This document shows, in pieces, positions 1 through 11,200 of a stretch of DNA of 64,000 bases (the stretch's first letter is position 1; every line of letters begins with the position of its first letter). Origin of the DNA: Macrostomum lignano (taxonomy: Eukaryota); assembly GCA_002269645.1 (NCBI GenBank), contig NIVC01000041.1, positions 496,001-560,000 of the forward strand, given 5' to 3'. A program made the position numbers and the translations under genes. The notes beneath the pieces were generated by a model, which did not search any database, was not told where the DNA came from, and saw only the letters and a program-made list of their open reading frames with translations.

Positions 1-80
1 CATTATATACACAACTCATCTAATCATATACCTTGCATATATTCTATCTACATTGACTGTTATAATTTCCACATTGCCAG

Positions 81-161
81 TCATCCGACTACTGCTTCGA
101 GAGCGTGGAGGAAGAGGCCGCGTACGAGACAGCCCTGAGGGAGCGTATGGAGATTGACTGA
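81..161 (+). CDS. Possible terminal coding exon of a gene lying upstream of the window (SSDYCFESVEEEAAYETALRERMEID*)
   Basis: Pyrimidine tract plus CAG acceptor ending at 80, then a GC-rich open frame with protein-like composition ending in TGA at 159-161. No family recognised. Confidence 0.3.
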   Translation, partial: SSDYCFESVEEEAAYETALRERMEID

Positions 162-949
162 TAAGGGTATTTCTCTTTGTACGCGGTTTGGGGAACCCAA
201 CACTGTACACTGGGTAGGTTAGAATGGGCGCTAGCTGGGGGGCCTCTATGTGTGTATACACGGGGGTTAAAAGACCAATTCTGATAGCTCGCTCCTAGGG
301 AGGAAATTGGCAGAGGGGCCGGCCCAAAAAACTGTAATGGGCTGGCCCCGGGCTCGAGTCCACCCACCTAAAATATGGAGGTCATTACAACCTAATGACC
401 CGAAATACTTTCAACGCAATTGTACCCATAAGAGGGTTAGGGCGGCGGCGGCGGTGGCGAAAACGGGCGGCTAAAACCTCCCTTTTGGGATTTCCCCGAA
501 CCGCTTTTGGTTAAAATTTTTATGCACCTGCGGGTTAGACAATATTTACTCTTTAGTCGGTGTGACATTATTTACGCGTCTGTTGCACCTGGGCGTTTGC
601 CTATAATCTGATTATACATGCGTGCCTGTATTATACAACTACACCTTATGCATGCCTTGTAAACCTGCTTTATACATTAATCCGATATGTATCGAAAGTA
701 CACTTTGTAAACCTGCTGTGTGTATTTCCACCTATGTAGCGCCTACAGTACCTGCTTTGTCTATTTCTGCCCATACACCTACATTGTGTGTTTTTGCTGC
801 TCATATGCTCCAATATGTACATTTTAATATGCAATATGCGTCATTATTCACCTACCAATATGTTTTATCTACATTTTTATGTAAATATACTCAATTTCAC
901 CTACTATAAGTAGTTTTCACTAGCCTAATATCGTTGACTACATATCGGG

Positions 950-1296
950 AGAGTGGTAGAGTGTACCTTTGGCTCGGTAGAGTGTACACTCGGGGTGCCT
1001 GCGGCTCGGTAGAGTGTACACTCGGGGTGCCTGCGGCATGGGCGTCTGCGGCATGGGCGTCTGCGGCATGGGCGCCTACGGCTCGGGAGGGTGCGCCTGC
1101 GGCTCGGGAGGGTGTACATATCGGGGTACATGTCGGTAGGGTGAGCATACATATCGGTAGGTGCGCCTGCGGCTGGGGAGGGTCGCCGGTGGCTCGGGAG
1201 GGTCGCCTGCGGCTGGACGGCGCTTGGCGCCACGCGCCTGCGGCGCGCGCGCGCCGAGCGCCGATATCGATACGGGTATCGATCACCTAGTGATCG
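950..1296. repeat. Degenerate GC-rich short repeats ending in a cluster of hairpins
   Basis: Repeated GGGTG(C)GCCTGCGGCTCGG and GCGGCATGGGCGTCT motifs; inverted repeats at 1219-1262, 1266-1283 and 1280-1296. Confidence 0.6.
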
Positions 1297-2674
1297 GGGC
1301 GCCAGCCAATGAGAGGCGAGGAGGGTTGACACCCACCCCACCTCCAAAATCAAGCCATACGGAATCCCTTAGTAGTAATGATTTTTTGCTGTAATAGATA
1401 TAGAGATGTCAAATATTTGGCAAAATTTATATTATAACTTTTACTGTACTTACAAAGACAGCATTACATTAGCGCACACAAGGCGACGCTGCATGTACCT
1501 CGTTTGACTTTTCGGGTGCATTATTGTCTACTTATAGTAGGGTATGAGCACTCGAAATGTACTTTGTTGATAAGCTATTTCACTGTATTTAAAAATATCG
1601 TTCTTCAATATCGTCTGAGATCCTGTAGCCTGCAGCTGCCCGCTGGTGCACTTCTGAAAGTGACAGTAATTTTTATCCGTCTAAACATGCTCCATTTTTT
1701 TCAAATGGCAATTATTGCTTTCCAGTTATATTTAACGTTTTTGGAATATTTTCCATTCGTCAGCTGTTAGTATAGATCATTATAGTCAATATTAAGGTCA
1801 CAAAAATGAAGCTTTAGCTATATTCATCTTTGGGTTTTATACAAAAACATGTATTGGATTCCTAAACTGCCGAATGGTCTGGCAAAGCCACATTCGTCAT
1901 TAGCTGACTCAATTAGCTAGCTGGCAGTTTGCACTTTAAAAAGCTTTCCACGCGACTGATGGTGCCAATTCCATTTTTCCAACTTTGTGGAGTCTGCTGC
2001 AAGGGGGCTAAAAGCTTCAATTTATTGGTTGCCAATGGCAACACGCGAGGAGCAGAGTTATCGAGCGCTGCTGCTGGGGAGGGGGGAAGCAAAGGGAAAA
2101 TTGTTGAAAAGCCACAGTTGGTTACGCGAAGGGATGGATCGATTAGAGACCCTCTGCTTCCAGGCCTCGGAGCAAAATCTTCACAAGTACAAGGCTTAAA
2201 GATTCATTGTCAGATATCACAATACTTTAATTGTCTGCTGGGACACTTCAGAAGCTATAGCTTTTAGTCTTCTTTACGCTCAATTTCAGTTTTTTTGTGG
2301 CCATTAACCCCTTCCCCACATAGAAAATTCTGCTTTTTATTGCAAGGCAGTCATCCCATTTTCTTCCCTCAAAGCGCGCATGTTGATAGATACCATCCTG
2401 CTTTCCATATCATATATCATATATAACTCTGCGAACTCCCATAGAAATCCCATGAACTGAGTTGTATGCATCAGATCATGCAGCGCAGGTCCCATAGAAA
2501 TCAGCAAAATCAACTGAAGCAACAGGTGGATGCGTCAATTGCAATTAAAAGCGCCGGAAGTAGCGGCGGCGGCAGCGGCGGTGGCGGGAATTTTAGTCGA
2601 GTTTCAACCGGGCTGGTTTCTGCGATTCGTATGCGCAGGCAGATGAAAGGCTCAGGTAGGATGGCGTCTTGCTT

Positions 2675-3642
2675 CAGTGTCTATGGCCAAAGCTCACTAT
2701 AGGGAGAGTCTGTCCTGAGGAGGAACCCGTGTCTCAGTGTCTATGGCCAAAGCTCACTATAGGGAGAATCTGCCCTGAGGAACCCGTGTCTCAGTGTCTA
2801 TGGCCAAAGCTCACTATAGGGAGAATCTGCCCTTAGGAACCCGTGTCTCAGTGTCTATGGCCAAAGCTCACTATAGGGAGAATCTGCCCTTAGGAACCCG
2901 TGTCTCAGTGTCTATGACCAAAGCTCACTATAGGGAGAACCTGTCCTAAAGAACCCGTGACGTGTCAGTGTCTATGGCCAAAGCTCACTATAGGGAGAGT
3001 CTGTCCTGAGGAGGAACCCGTGTCTCAGTGTCTATGGCCAAAGCTCACTATAGGGAGAATCTGCCCTGAGGAACCCGTGTCTCAGTGTCTATGGCCAAAG
3101 CTCACTATAGGAAGAACCTGCCCTGAGGAACCCGTGTCTCAGTGTCTATGGCCAAAGCTCACTATAGGGAGAATCTGCCCTTAGGAACCCGTGTCTCAGT
3201 GTCTATGGCCAAAGCTCACTATAGGGAGAATCTGCCCTGAGGAACCCGTGTCTCAGTGTCTATGGCCAAAGCTCACTATAGGGAGAATCTGCCCTGAGGA
3301 ACCCGTGTCTCAGTGTCTATGGCCAAAGCTCACTATAGGAAGAACCTGCCCTGAGGAACCCGTGTCTCAGTGTCTATGGCCAAAGCTCACTATAGGTAGA
3401 GTCTGTCCTGAGGAGGAACCCGTGTCTCAGTGTCTATGGCCAAAGCTCACTATAGGGAGAATCTGCCCTTAGGAACCCGTGTCTCAGTGTCTATGGCCAA
3501 AGCTCACTATAGGAAGAACCTGCCCTGAGGAACCCGTGTCTCAGTGTCTATGGCCAAAGCTCATTATAGGGAGAACCTGTCCTGAAGAACCCGTGACGTG
3601 TCAGTGTCTATGGCCAAAGCTCACTTTAGGGAAAGTCTGTCC
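2675..3642. repeat. Minisatellite, ~17 units of 57/60 bp
   Basis: Unit GTGTCTCAGTGTCTATGGCCAAAGCTCACTATAGGGAGAATCTGCCCTGAGGAACCC, with +3-bp variants. Confidence 0.97.
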
Positions 3643-4110
3643 GTGCCTACCCATTGCATGTCTAATAGCATCGGACCATTTCAAAGTGTTTCTGAGCCTA
3701 AGAAAAAATTATGTTTCCAATCTTTTTTACGGCCATGCTGCTCTTTCATTTGATTAGATAAGGTCAAGTAATTCATGTCTAACGGCATTCGAACGTGTTT
3801 AAAGGTTTAACATAGTGTTTACTCAACTCAAACATTCGGCAATATTGCAAACTATGCACTAAGCTCAGCGATTAAATATTAAAGCAGATTCGTTGAGAAG
3901 CGGCATGCAGGCAGAAAATCCTTTTTGTTATAAATATTAGATTGTGTTGGCTTTTGCTGTCAAAGCTGCATGGCATGGCAACGAGAGAATTTAGTTATAA
4001 AAATCGAACTAGCGGTGCTTTCAGATCTCGTTCGTCAACTCAAACTTCTTACTGGCGAGGTAAGGGTTTTTGAGCTTACAGTTAGATACCTTCCCGTGGT
4101 TAGAAATTTT

Positions 4111-4384
4111 AATAATAATAATAATAATAGATTTCAACTGCCCTAATGGCTGCGTTACGCATCTGAAGGCTTCGTACGGCTGTTCAGCCCAAGGACTGGG
4201 GGGTCGCCACACACACCCTCAATTATCCCCAGCTAATGCTGGCACCCATTTTACAGCTGGGTGAACTGAAGCAATGCAGAGTTAGGTGTCTTGATCAAGG
4301 ATACAATTTGTTCCAGTGGGATCGAGAATCGAACCCCCGACCTCTCAGTCGTGAGTCCGACGCTCTAACCACTGGGATACAACC
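4111..4384 (-). mobile_element. tRNA-derived SINE with CORE-like central domain and (ATT)n tail
   Basis: Minus strand reads a tRNA-like head (A-box-like TATCCCAGTGG, B-box GGTTCGATTC), then CCTTGATCAAGACACCTAACTC...CACCCAGCTGTAAAATGGG resembling the CORE domain, then an (ATT)n tail. A second copy is at 53911-54212. Confidence 0.85.
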
Positions 4385-4448
4385 TCTAAAAGAAATTAGA
4401 GCAGGGGTTGCACAATACGCTTCCAATTTTATCTTATTGCATTTATGG

Positions 4449-4729
4449 CAGGGTCAGCAAACATTTTCAACTCAAGGACCAGATTTAGAGTCTAGCGCAA
4501 GACCGCTGGCCAGAGAGAGGAGAGATGAGAGAAGGCAGATGAGAATGAAGAGTGGATTAGGAGGGGAGAGAGGAGAGACGAGGGGAGATGAGAGAAGAGG
4601 GGGATGAGAGGAGAGTAGGCGAGAGGGGAGAGATGTGAGATGAGAGATGACAGGAGAAAAATAAAAGAGAACTGAGAAGGATTGCCAATGTGAAAAGAGG
4701 CTTCGCTAGCCGGAGTTTGCCGACCCCTG
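4449..4729. mobile_element. hAT-Charlie-type MITE with internal AG-rich tract
   Basis: Termini CAGGGTCAGCAAAC and GTTTGCCGACCCCTG are imperfect inverted repeats; flanks ATTTATGG (4441-4448) and CTTTATGG (4730-4737) are a 7/8 match to an 8-bp TSD. Confidence 0.7.
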
Positions 4730-5619
4730 CTTTATGGAAAAATGGAAAAATTGGAAGTTGTCTAAATGGAAAAATTTATACAATTCAGACAGTTACGCTT
4801 TTAATAGCATTTTTGCCCCTAGAGTGGGATAAACAGCTGCATCTGACAGGGATGGATCAGGGGATAAACTGCATCAACATAACAGCTATAATTTGCTGTG
4901 TGAATACTTCAGTACTCTCTAGCCAGGCTCCTATTTTTTTAAAGGACCACTAATGGAAGTGCGTGTTCGCAAGTCATTTCTCGAAAAAACGTTTTTTGAA
5001 GGTCCAAATCTTCTCATAAGATTTGCTAATGATTTAATCAGCATTAGTTTAAGCACTGTAATAAAAGTTGGCTTAACTTCTGAAAATTCCACGAAACTAA
5101 TCGCATGTACTCCCTCCCGTCCAGATACTTCTAGTAGTCTTGGCGTGGACACTAGCTACCTGACAACAATGTCAAGGATATTTTTACCTTTTACCTTTCC
5201 GCGAATCAGATGCTAAAGTACCTCGTAAATTCTAGTCTCTATACAACTATACCGGTACTTAGTTAAGGACAGACCATACATGAATAAAAATTAATTACTA
5301 AAATGGATAGAATCTCAGTCTATGTACAAAAAAGACGAACTTTAGAAAATCTGATTAAACGGCTGTGAAACTTTGCTGGGCTGAATTTAAGGAACTCAGC
5401 GATTTAATTAAGGAAAACCTGGGCCTGGGAAGGCAGATTGGAATGGCCTGAAAAGACTCCCTTTCAGATTGGAAAGCTTTCTAAAATCTGATGTCATTGA
5501 CAACAGGGCATGTGAGGTGAGGTGAGGTGGCGGCTTGAGTACGGAGTTCTAGATAAAGTATCTAGATATGAAAATCGATTGTAAATAGATAGATAAATAA
5601 ATAAATAGATTGATACATT

Positions 5620-5793
<174 letters not shown>

Positions 5794-6242
5794 GACAGTA
5801 AACCTGATGTCTAGTCAATCAAGTTTCCCCACCCAGATAGTTGAGTTTATGAGCTCCATGGCTGAGCTGCTGCCGCGTAGGGGGAGAATTGAATTAAACC
5901 AATTAAATTCAGCCAGTGGGGGCGACTCCGCAACGCGCGCGGCCCCCCGCGGAGTGGCAGCCGGCAGACCGTATAGCTTAGTTGATGAAGGGGAATTGAG
6001 CGCGCAGGAGCCCCCTTGCCCCCCCCGTGCTTCGCTACCTGGGCAACCACCGGGAGCGCGACAGGAAGAGGGGGGAAGCGGCGGCTGGGTCTACAAAAAC
6101 AGCGGAACCTCAGAAGCGCCCAGCTGTGTAGCAAATCAATTCACTCACTCTCTCGGTTGGCAAACTATTATATTATTAACTAAAATATCTTCTCCTAGAA
6201 GCTTCTCTGTGTTTGCTTGCTTGATTTTCATCCAATTGGGAA

Positions 6243-6351
6243 ATGTCCTCAACAAACGAGTCGGCTCTGTCAAGGAAGAAGTCGGTCTCCAGCATGTCTT
6301 TCGCTAGGAAGAGCTCCGTCATGGTGCCAGGGCGACGGGCGTCAGTGCTGA
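6243..6351 (+). CDS. MYCBPAP: Probable upstream coding exon of the MYCBP-associated protein gene (MSSTNESALSRKKSVSSMSFARKSSVMVPGRRASVL)
   Basis: ATG at 6243; phase-1 donor A|GTACGA at 6351/6352 (alternative at 6366). Splicing to the CAG acceptor at 8198 is in frame with ATG 8219 and has no stop (NFKNQTI-MSKQ). RKxS/RRxS motifs resemble the next exon. Confidence 0.5.
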
Positions 6352-6419
6352 GTACGAGTTTGCTAAGTGTGCCGCTGCGCATTATCGGGGAAGATTAGAG
6401 ATTGGGAGATTGGGATTAG

Positions 6420-7190
6420 AGCTGGTGAGGGTGGATGAGATTAGATTATAGTAGATGGGAGTAGACGAAAACAGGTGGGAGAAGATGGGAGTAGATGGGA
6501 GTAGATGGTAGTAGTGAGAGTAGATAAGAGTAGATGGGACTAGGTTAGAGTAGATAAGAGTAGATGGGACTAGGCTAGAGTAGACGAGAGTATATGGGAG
6601 AAGGTGAGATTAGATGTGAGTAGGTGAGAGTAGATGAGAGCAGATGAGACCAAATGTGAGTAGGTGAGAGTAGATGAGATTAGATGTGAGTAGGTGAGAG
6701 TAGATGAGAGCAGATGAGACCAAATGTGAGTAGGTGAGAGTAGATGAGAGCAGATGAGACCAAATGTGAGTAGGTGAGAGTAGATGAGAGCAGATGAGAC
6801 CAAATGTGAGTAGGTGAGAGTAGATGGGAGTAGTGTGAGTAGATAAAAATAGATGAGAGAAGGTGAGAGTAGATAAGAGTAGATAAGACTAGGTTAGATT
6901 AGTTGAGAGTATATGGGAGTAGGTGAGAGTAGATGAGAGCAGATGAGACCAAATGTGAGTAGGTGAGAGTAGATGGGAGTAGTGTGAGTAGATAAAAATA
7001 GATGAGAGAAGGTGAGAGTAGATAAGAGTAGATAAGACTAGGTTAGATTAGATGAGAGTAGATGGGAGTAGGTGAGAGTAGATAAGAGTAGATGGGAGTA
7101 GTGTGAGTAGATAAAAATAGATGAGAGAAGGTGAGAGTAGATGAGAGTAGATGGGAGTAGGTGAGAGTAGATGAGAGTAGATTAAGAGAA
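6420..7190. repeat. Degenerate AG-rich array based on a ~10-bp GAGTAGAT(G/A)A unit
   Basis: Visible periodic GAGTAGATGA/GTAGGTGAGA motifs with larger duplicated blocks. Confidence 0.9.
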
Positions 7191-7838
7191 TAGTATTTAA
7201 TAGGAATTTAGGAGTAAATTTAGGAATAATTAATGAGTAGAATGCAAATGGTTGAGGATTAGAAAACATGATTACGGGATTTTGTGCATCTCCTCCCATA
7301 TCTTAAGTCACTCAAAAAATCAGGAACACATTTAAGCAGGTGTGCCCGCGAAGCGAGGCGAGATAGGGAGAGAGAGAGTGCATGGAACTGATTAGTGAAG
7401 AGTGACCAGATTACAATGCGTCAATTAAGATGAAAGGATATAAAATTAAAATATACGATGTATTGTATTAGAAGTCTATTACTCAGCACAATTAAAAGCA
7501 ATTACGTGTATTAGCACTAAAGTACAATTTTTTCCAAACTTATCCTGTTTATCCTCATTACGGCTTGTAATCTTCTATATATAGTTTATATAGTGGAGTA
7601 ATAAATCTAATTGAATTAGTCAAATTAGAAAATTAGAATTTTTGTCGTACCCAAGTCCAGAGTATATAACGATATCTAACGACATATCTAAAAGTGAGAG
7701 TTTACGAGTATATTGCCATGCCCCGCAACCATTTGTCTCTCCAATTTTTTCTTGCGTTGAATTTCTTCTTTTAGCCATTTTTCATCTCTCTGTGCATGCG
7801 TATACGGAGTTTAAATAATAAGATTTGAGCTCAAAAGT

Positions 7839-7839
<1 letters not shown>

Positions 7840-7912
<73 letters not shown>
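7840..7912. repeat. (GA)n microsatellite
   Basis: Perfect dinucleotide run. Confidence 0.98.
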
Positions 7913-7915
<3 letters not shown>

Positions 7916-8218
7916 TTTGAACGTATAGTTTTGTCTGTCGGGCAGTTTCGCTCTAACTCTAACTCAAGGGGGAGGGGGTGGTTGCATGTACACCTGACCT
8001 GCTCCAGCAAATTCTGTACATTTAATTGTTCATTTATTCGCTCGCTCACTTCTATACCCCGCCTTTCCACTCGGCCGTTGCCATTGGAGCTTGCGTGGTT
8101 ATTTTCGTTATATTTTGGCGCGAGTTTAAATTTTGCATTTTTTCTCGGTTGACTAAACCAGATTGAAAATCAAATTTAGTTTTTAGTTTTAAATGCAGAT
8201 TTTAAAAATCAAACAATC

Positions 8219-11200
8219 ATGTCAAAGCAAGGTAGCACAAGCAGACGTGTGTCTGTTGCTCCAAGTGAGTTTTTGGAAAAAAATAATCTATTTTGCAGAA
8301 TTTCTTTTTATGTCGTTAAGTCATATTTCTCTCATGTCCTCTTTCGTGTCTATATGCATGCATACCCAGGCACAAAATTGCAATGGTCTATTACTACCAT
8401 ATTTGCAGAGAAACTGGTTACTAAGGAAGCAGAAATCCCGGATGGTACACACACACGCGCCCAAACTTTTTAATATAGATTTTTGTGCTGCTTGTGTTTA
8501 CACAGTTCCTTCTTTTTTGTTAGACTTTTTATTACCTCTGACTGTTCTGACAAAGTTTTATTGCCTCCTGTGCAATCAGAATCAATCATAAATCTTCACT
8601 GGATTTCACTGAATAGCCTATATTTTTTGTGCTACTATAAACATGCACTTTTCTAGAATTCAGTGTGTAAGTTATTGGGATAGCTCGCGCCGTACTGTGA
8701 GAGCCTTCTTTGCATGTGTAAGTGTGAGAGTGTGTCTGTGATGTCTTTCTGAAAATATCTATATTTTAAGCTGATGTCGTTACACCCACAGACAGTCAGT
8801 GGGCTGATGCTATCACACCCGTAGACAGTCAGTGGGCTGATGCTGTCACACCCATAGACAGTAAGTGGGCTGATGCTGTCACACCCATATAGACAATCAG
8901 TGGGCTGATGCTGTCACACCCATAGACAATCAGTGGGCTGATGCTGTCACATCCATATAGACAATCAGTGGGCTGATGCTGTCACACCCATAGACAGTCA
9001 GTGGGCTGATGCTGTCACACCCATAGACAGTAAGTGGGCTGATGCTGTCACACCCATATAGACAATCAGTGGGCTGATGCTGTCACACCCATATAGACAA
9101 TCAGTGGGCTGATGCTGTCACACCCATAGACAATCAGTGGGCTGATGCTGTCACATCCATATAGACAATCAGTGGGCTGATGCTGTCACACCCATAGACA
9201 ATCAGTGGGCTGATGCTGTCACACCCATATAGACAGTCAGTGGGGCTAAACTTCAGTTATAAATCCTTCAGAAACAGTTTCCCGAATTTTCTTGCACTTT
9301 TCAGGAATTCTTGAAGAGTCAGAAGACGAAACAGGCGATGGTGAACGATTCAATAGGAATCCATTTAATTGCAATCACATTTTTAAATTAAAGACAGAAC
9401 TTTTTTTATTTTAGATGTAGAATTCTAGGAATTTCAAAAAATCAATTACGTCATCACTTCACTGCATGCGGTGGGTATTTGAGGCCCTAATTGTGTCCTT
9501 GGAGCTTTTCCTAAATCATCTGAATCGATCACAAGCAAATGAACTACCTTTTTCTTGCTTCACTACTTTTAGTAGTTAAAAAATACTGAATACTAAAAAA
9601 ACCGTAAAAACCCTGCCACCACACCCGCCGCCTCGGCGCAGACAAGAAGCAGAAGCAGAAACGGGACGGAAATTCGCCGGACAAAGAGGAGGACGCCAAC
9701 TCGACGGCCGAGACGCAGCGAAGGAATGTCATCTTCAATGAGGAGATCGCCAGGTTGCAGGTCAAGGAAGAGGACCTGACCAATGTGAGTACTGGACTGT
9801 TTGGTCAACGTATTTGGTCTTCTATTGGCCCAACCCATTAGAGATGCCTATGAAGACGAGAAAGTCAGGGCCGCTGTACACCCTGCGTGATCCGGTGTCA
9901 GTGGAATTGACCATGACTGCCGGTCTCTTCGCTAGCTGCTGCGGTCCGACTGTCGCCTTGACATTCTTCATTTTCCCCAAAGCAATCGCCGACCCATCTT
10001 CCCCCCCAGCTGTCCAAGCGAGACGCAGCCGCTGCCGCCGCCGCGGCCGCCGAAGCCTACCAGAAGGTGGCGGTGCGCCGCGAGATCCCCGAGGCGGAGC
10101 GCCGGCCGCTGTTGAAACGAATTGGCCTCCTGCGACGGGCGCCACCGGACGCGCCGCTGAAGGCTTCGGACGCCGCCGCCCACATGGGCCCGCGATTCGA
10201 CGATCACGGCCGGCTGATTCCGCACAGCATCCTGGGCAGCCCCGAGGAGTTCTATCGTCTGGCCGTGCTCAAAGGCCAGCTCAGCCAGGAAGACGTGCCG
10301 GAGGCGTTCAAAACGCCCCGACCAGTTGGCACAAGCGGCGGGGCCGGCGGCGACACGGGAAGGCTGTCGGTGAAGTACGCCAAGAAGCCGCCAACCGGGG
10401 GCTTCCCGTTCCCAGCTGAAGATCTGGGAGCCGAGGAGAGCGCCGCCCTGCGCAATTGGGAGCGCCAGATGACCGAGAGGAAACGCCAGCAGGGATACAT
10501 TTCCAGTTCGTTTAAACTTTTTAAAAAACGATGGTGATGCACATTGCACTATTTATCATGTAATGGAATGTTTTCAATATCACTTTCATTTTCACAATCC
10601 TCCAGAGCTGCTGCACAGACCGCCAAGTGAGCTGGTGATGAACATGGGCGAAGAGGAGAGAACTCTGCACGAAGAGAAACATCTAATTGATCGGGCTATT
10701 CCGTTCTACGACTACGGGAAGGGATGTAAGTTTCATTTTTGACTGTAACAAGGTTCAAGACATTGTTAGTTTTAGTTCATTTTACTGTATGATCATGCAA
10801 ACAGCGCGTGCAACAACCCCATCCCACCCTCCGCCAGCCACATAGTCACGCAAACAATGCGTGCAACAACCCCAACCCACCCTCCGCCCCGCCACCCAAT
10901 CACGCAAACAATGCGTGCAACAACCCCAACCCACCCTCCGCCCCGCCACCCAATCACGCAAACAATGCATGCAACAACCCCAACCCACCCTCCGCCCCGC
11001 CACCCAATCACGCAAACAATGCGTGCAACAACCTCACCCCTGCACTCTCCACCATGAACTCCAGACCGAGTCGGCAGTGAATTCTGGAACCAGGCCGGAC
11101 GTATCGGAGACGAAGAGAGCGGAATCCAGTAAGACTTCTTGTTATAAATGTACTTCTTTCTCTAATGAGCAATTTAGCCCAGCTAACTAATTACATGTGG

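Noticed and set aside
262-2320. piggyBac-like ends GGGGGTTAA (~263-271) and TTAACCCCTT (~2305-2314)
   Set aside because: They face away from each other and no matching partner ends were found.
1912-2702. Protein-like open frames on both strands (plus 1929-2267 and 2466-2702; minus ~2195-1912 and ~2680-2515)
   Set aside because: GC-rich and possibly exonic, but strand, splice sites and family could not be determined.
2692-3630. Vector or T7-adapter contamination
   Set aside because: The match lacks TAATACGA, sits inside diverged natural repeat units, and is continuous with a motif found elsewhere in the window.
4320-4384. tRNA gene
   Set aside because: The tRNA-like sequence continues into a SINE core and tail and lacks a proper acceptor stem and terminator.
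6176-6382. 68-aa minus-strand ORF as a divergent gene
   Set aside because: No usable donor was found; it is better explained as the antisense shadow of the plus-strand exon at 6243-6351.
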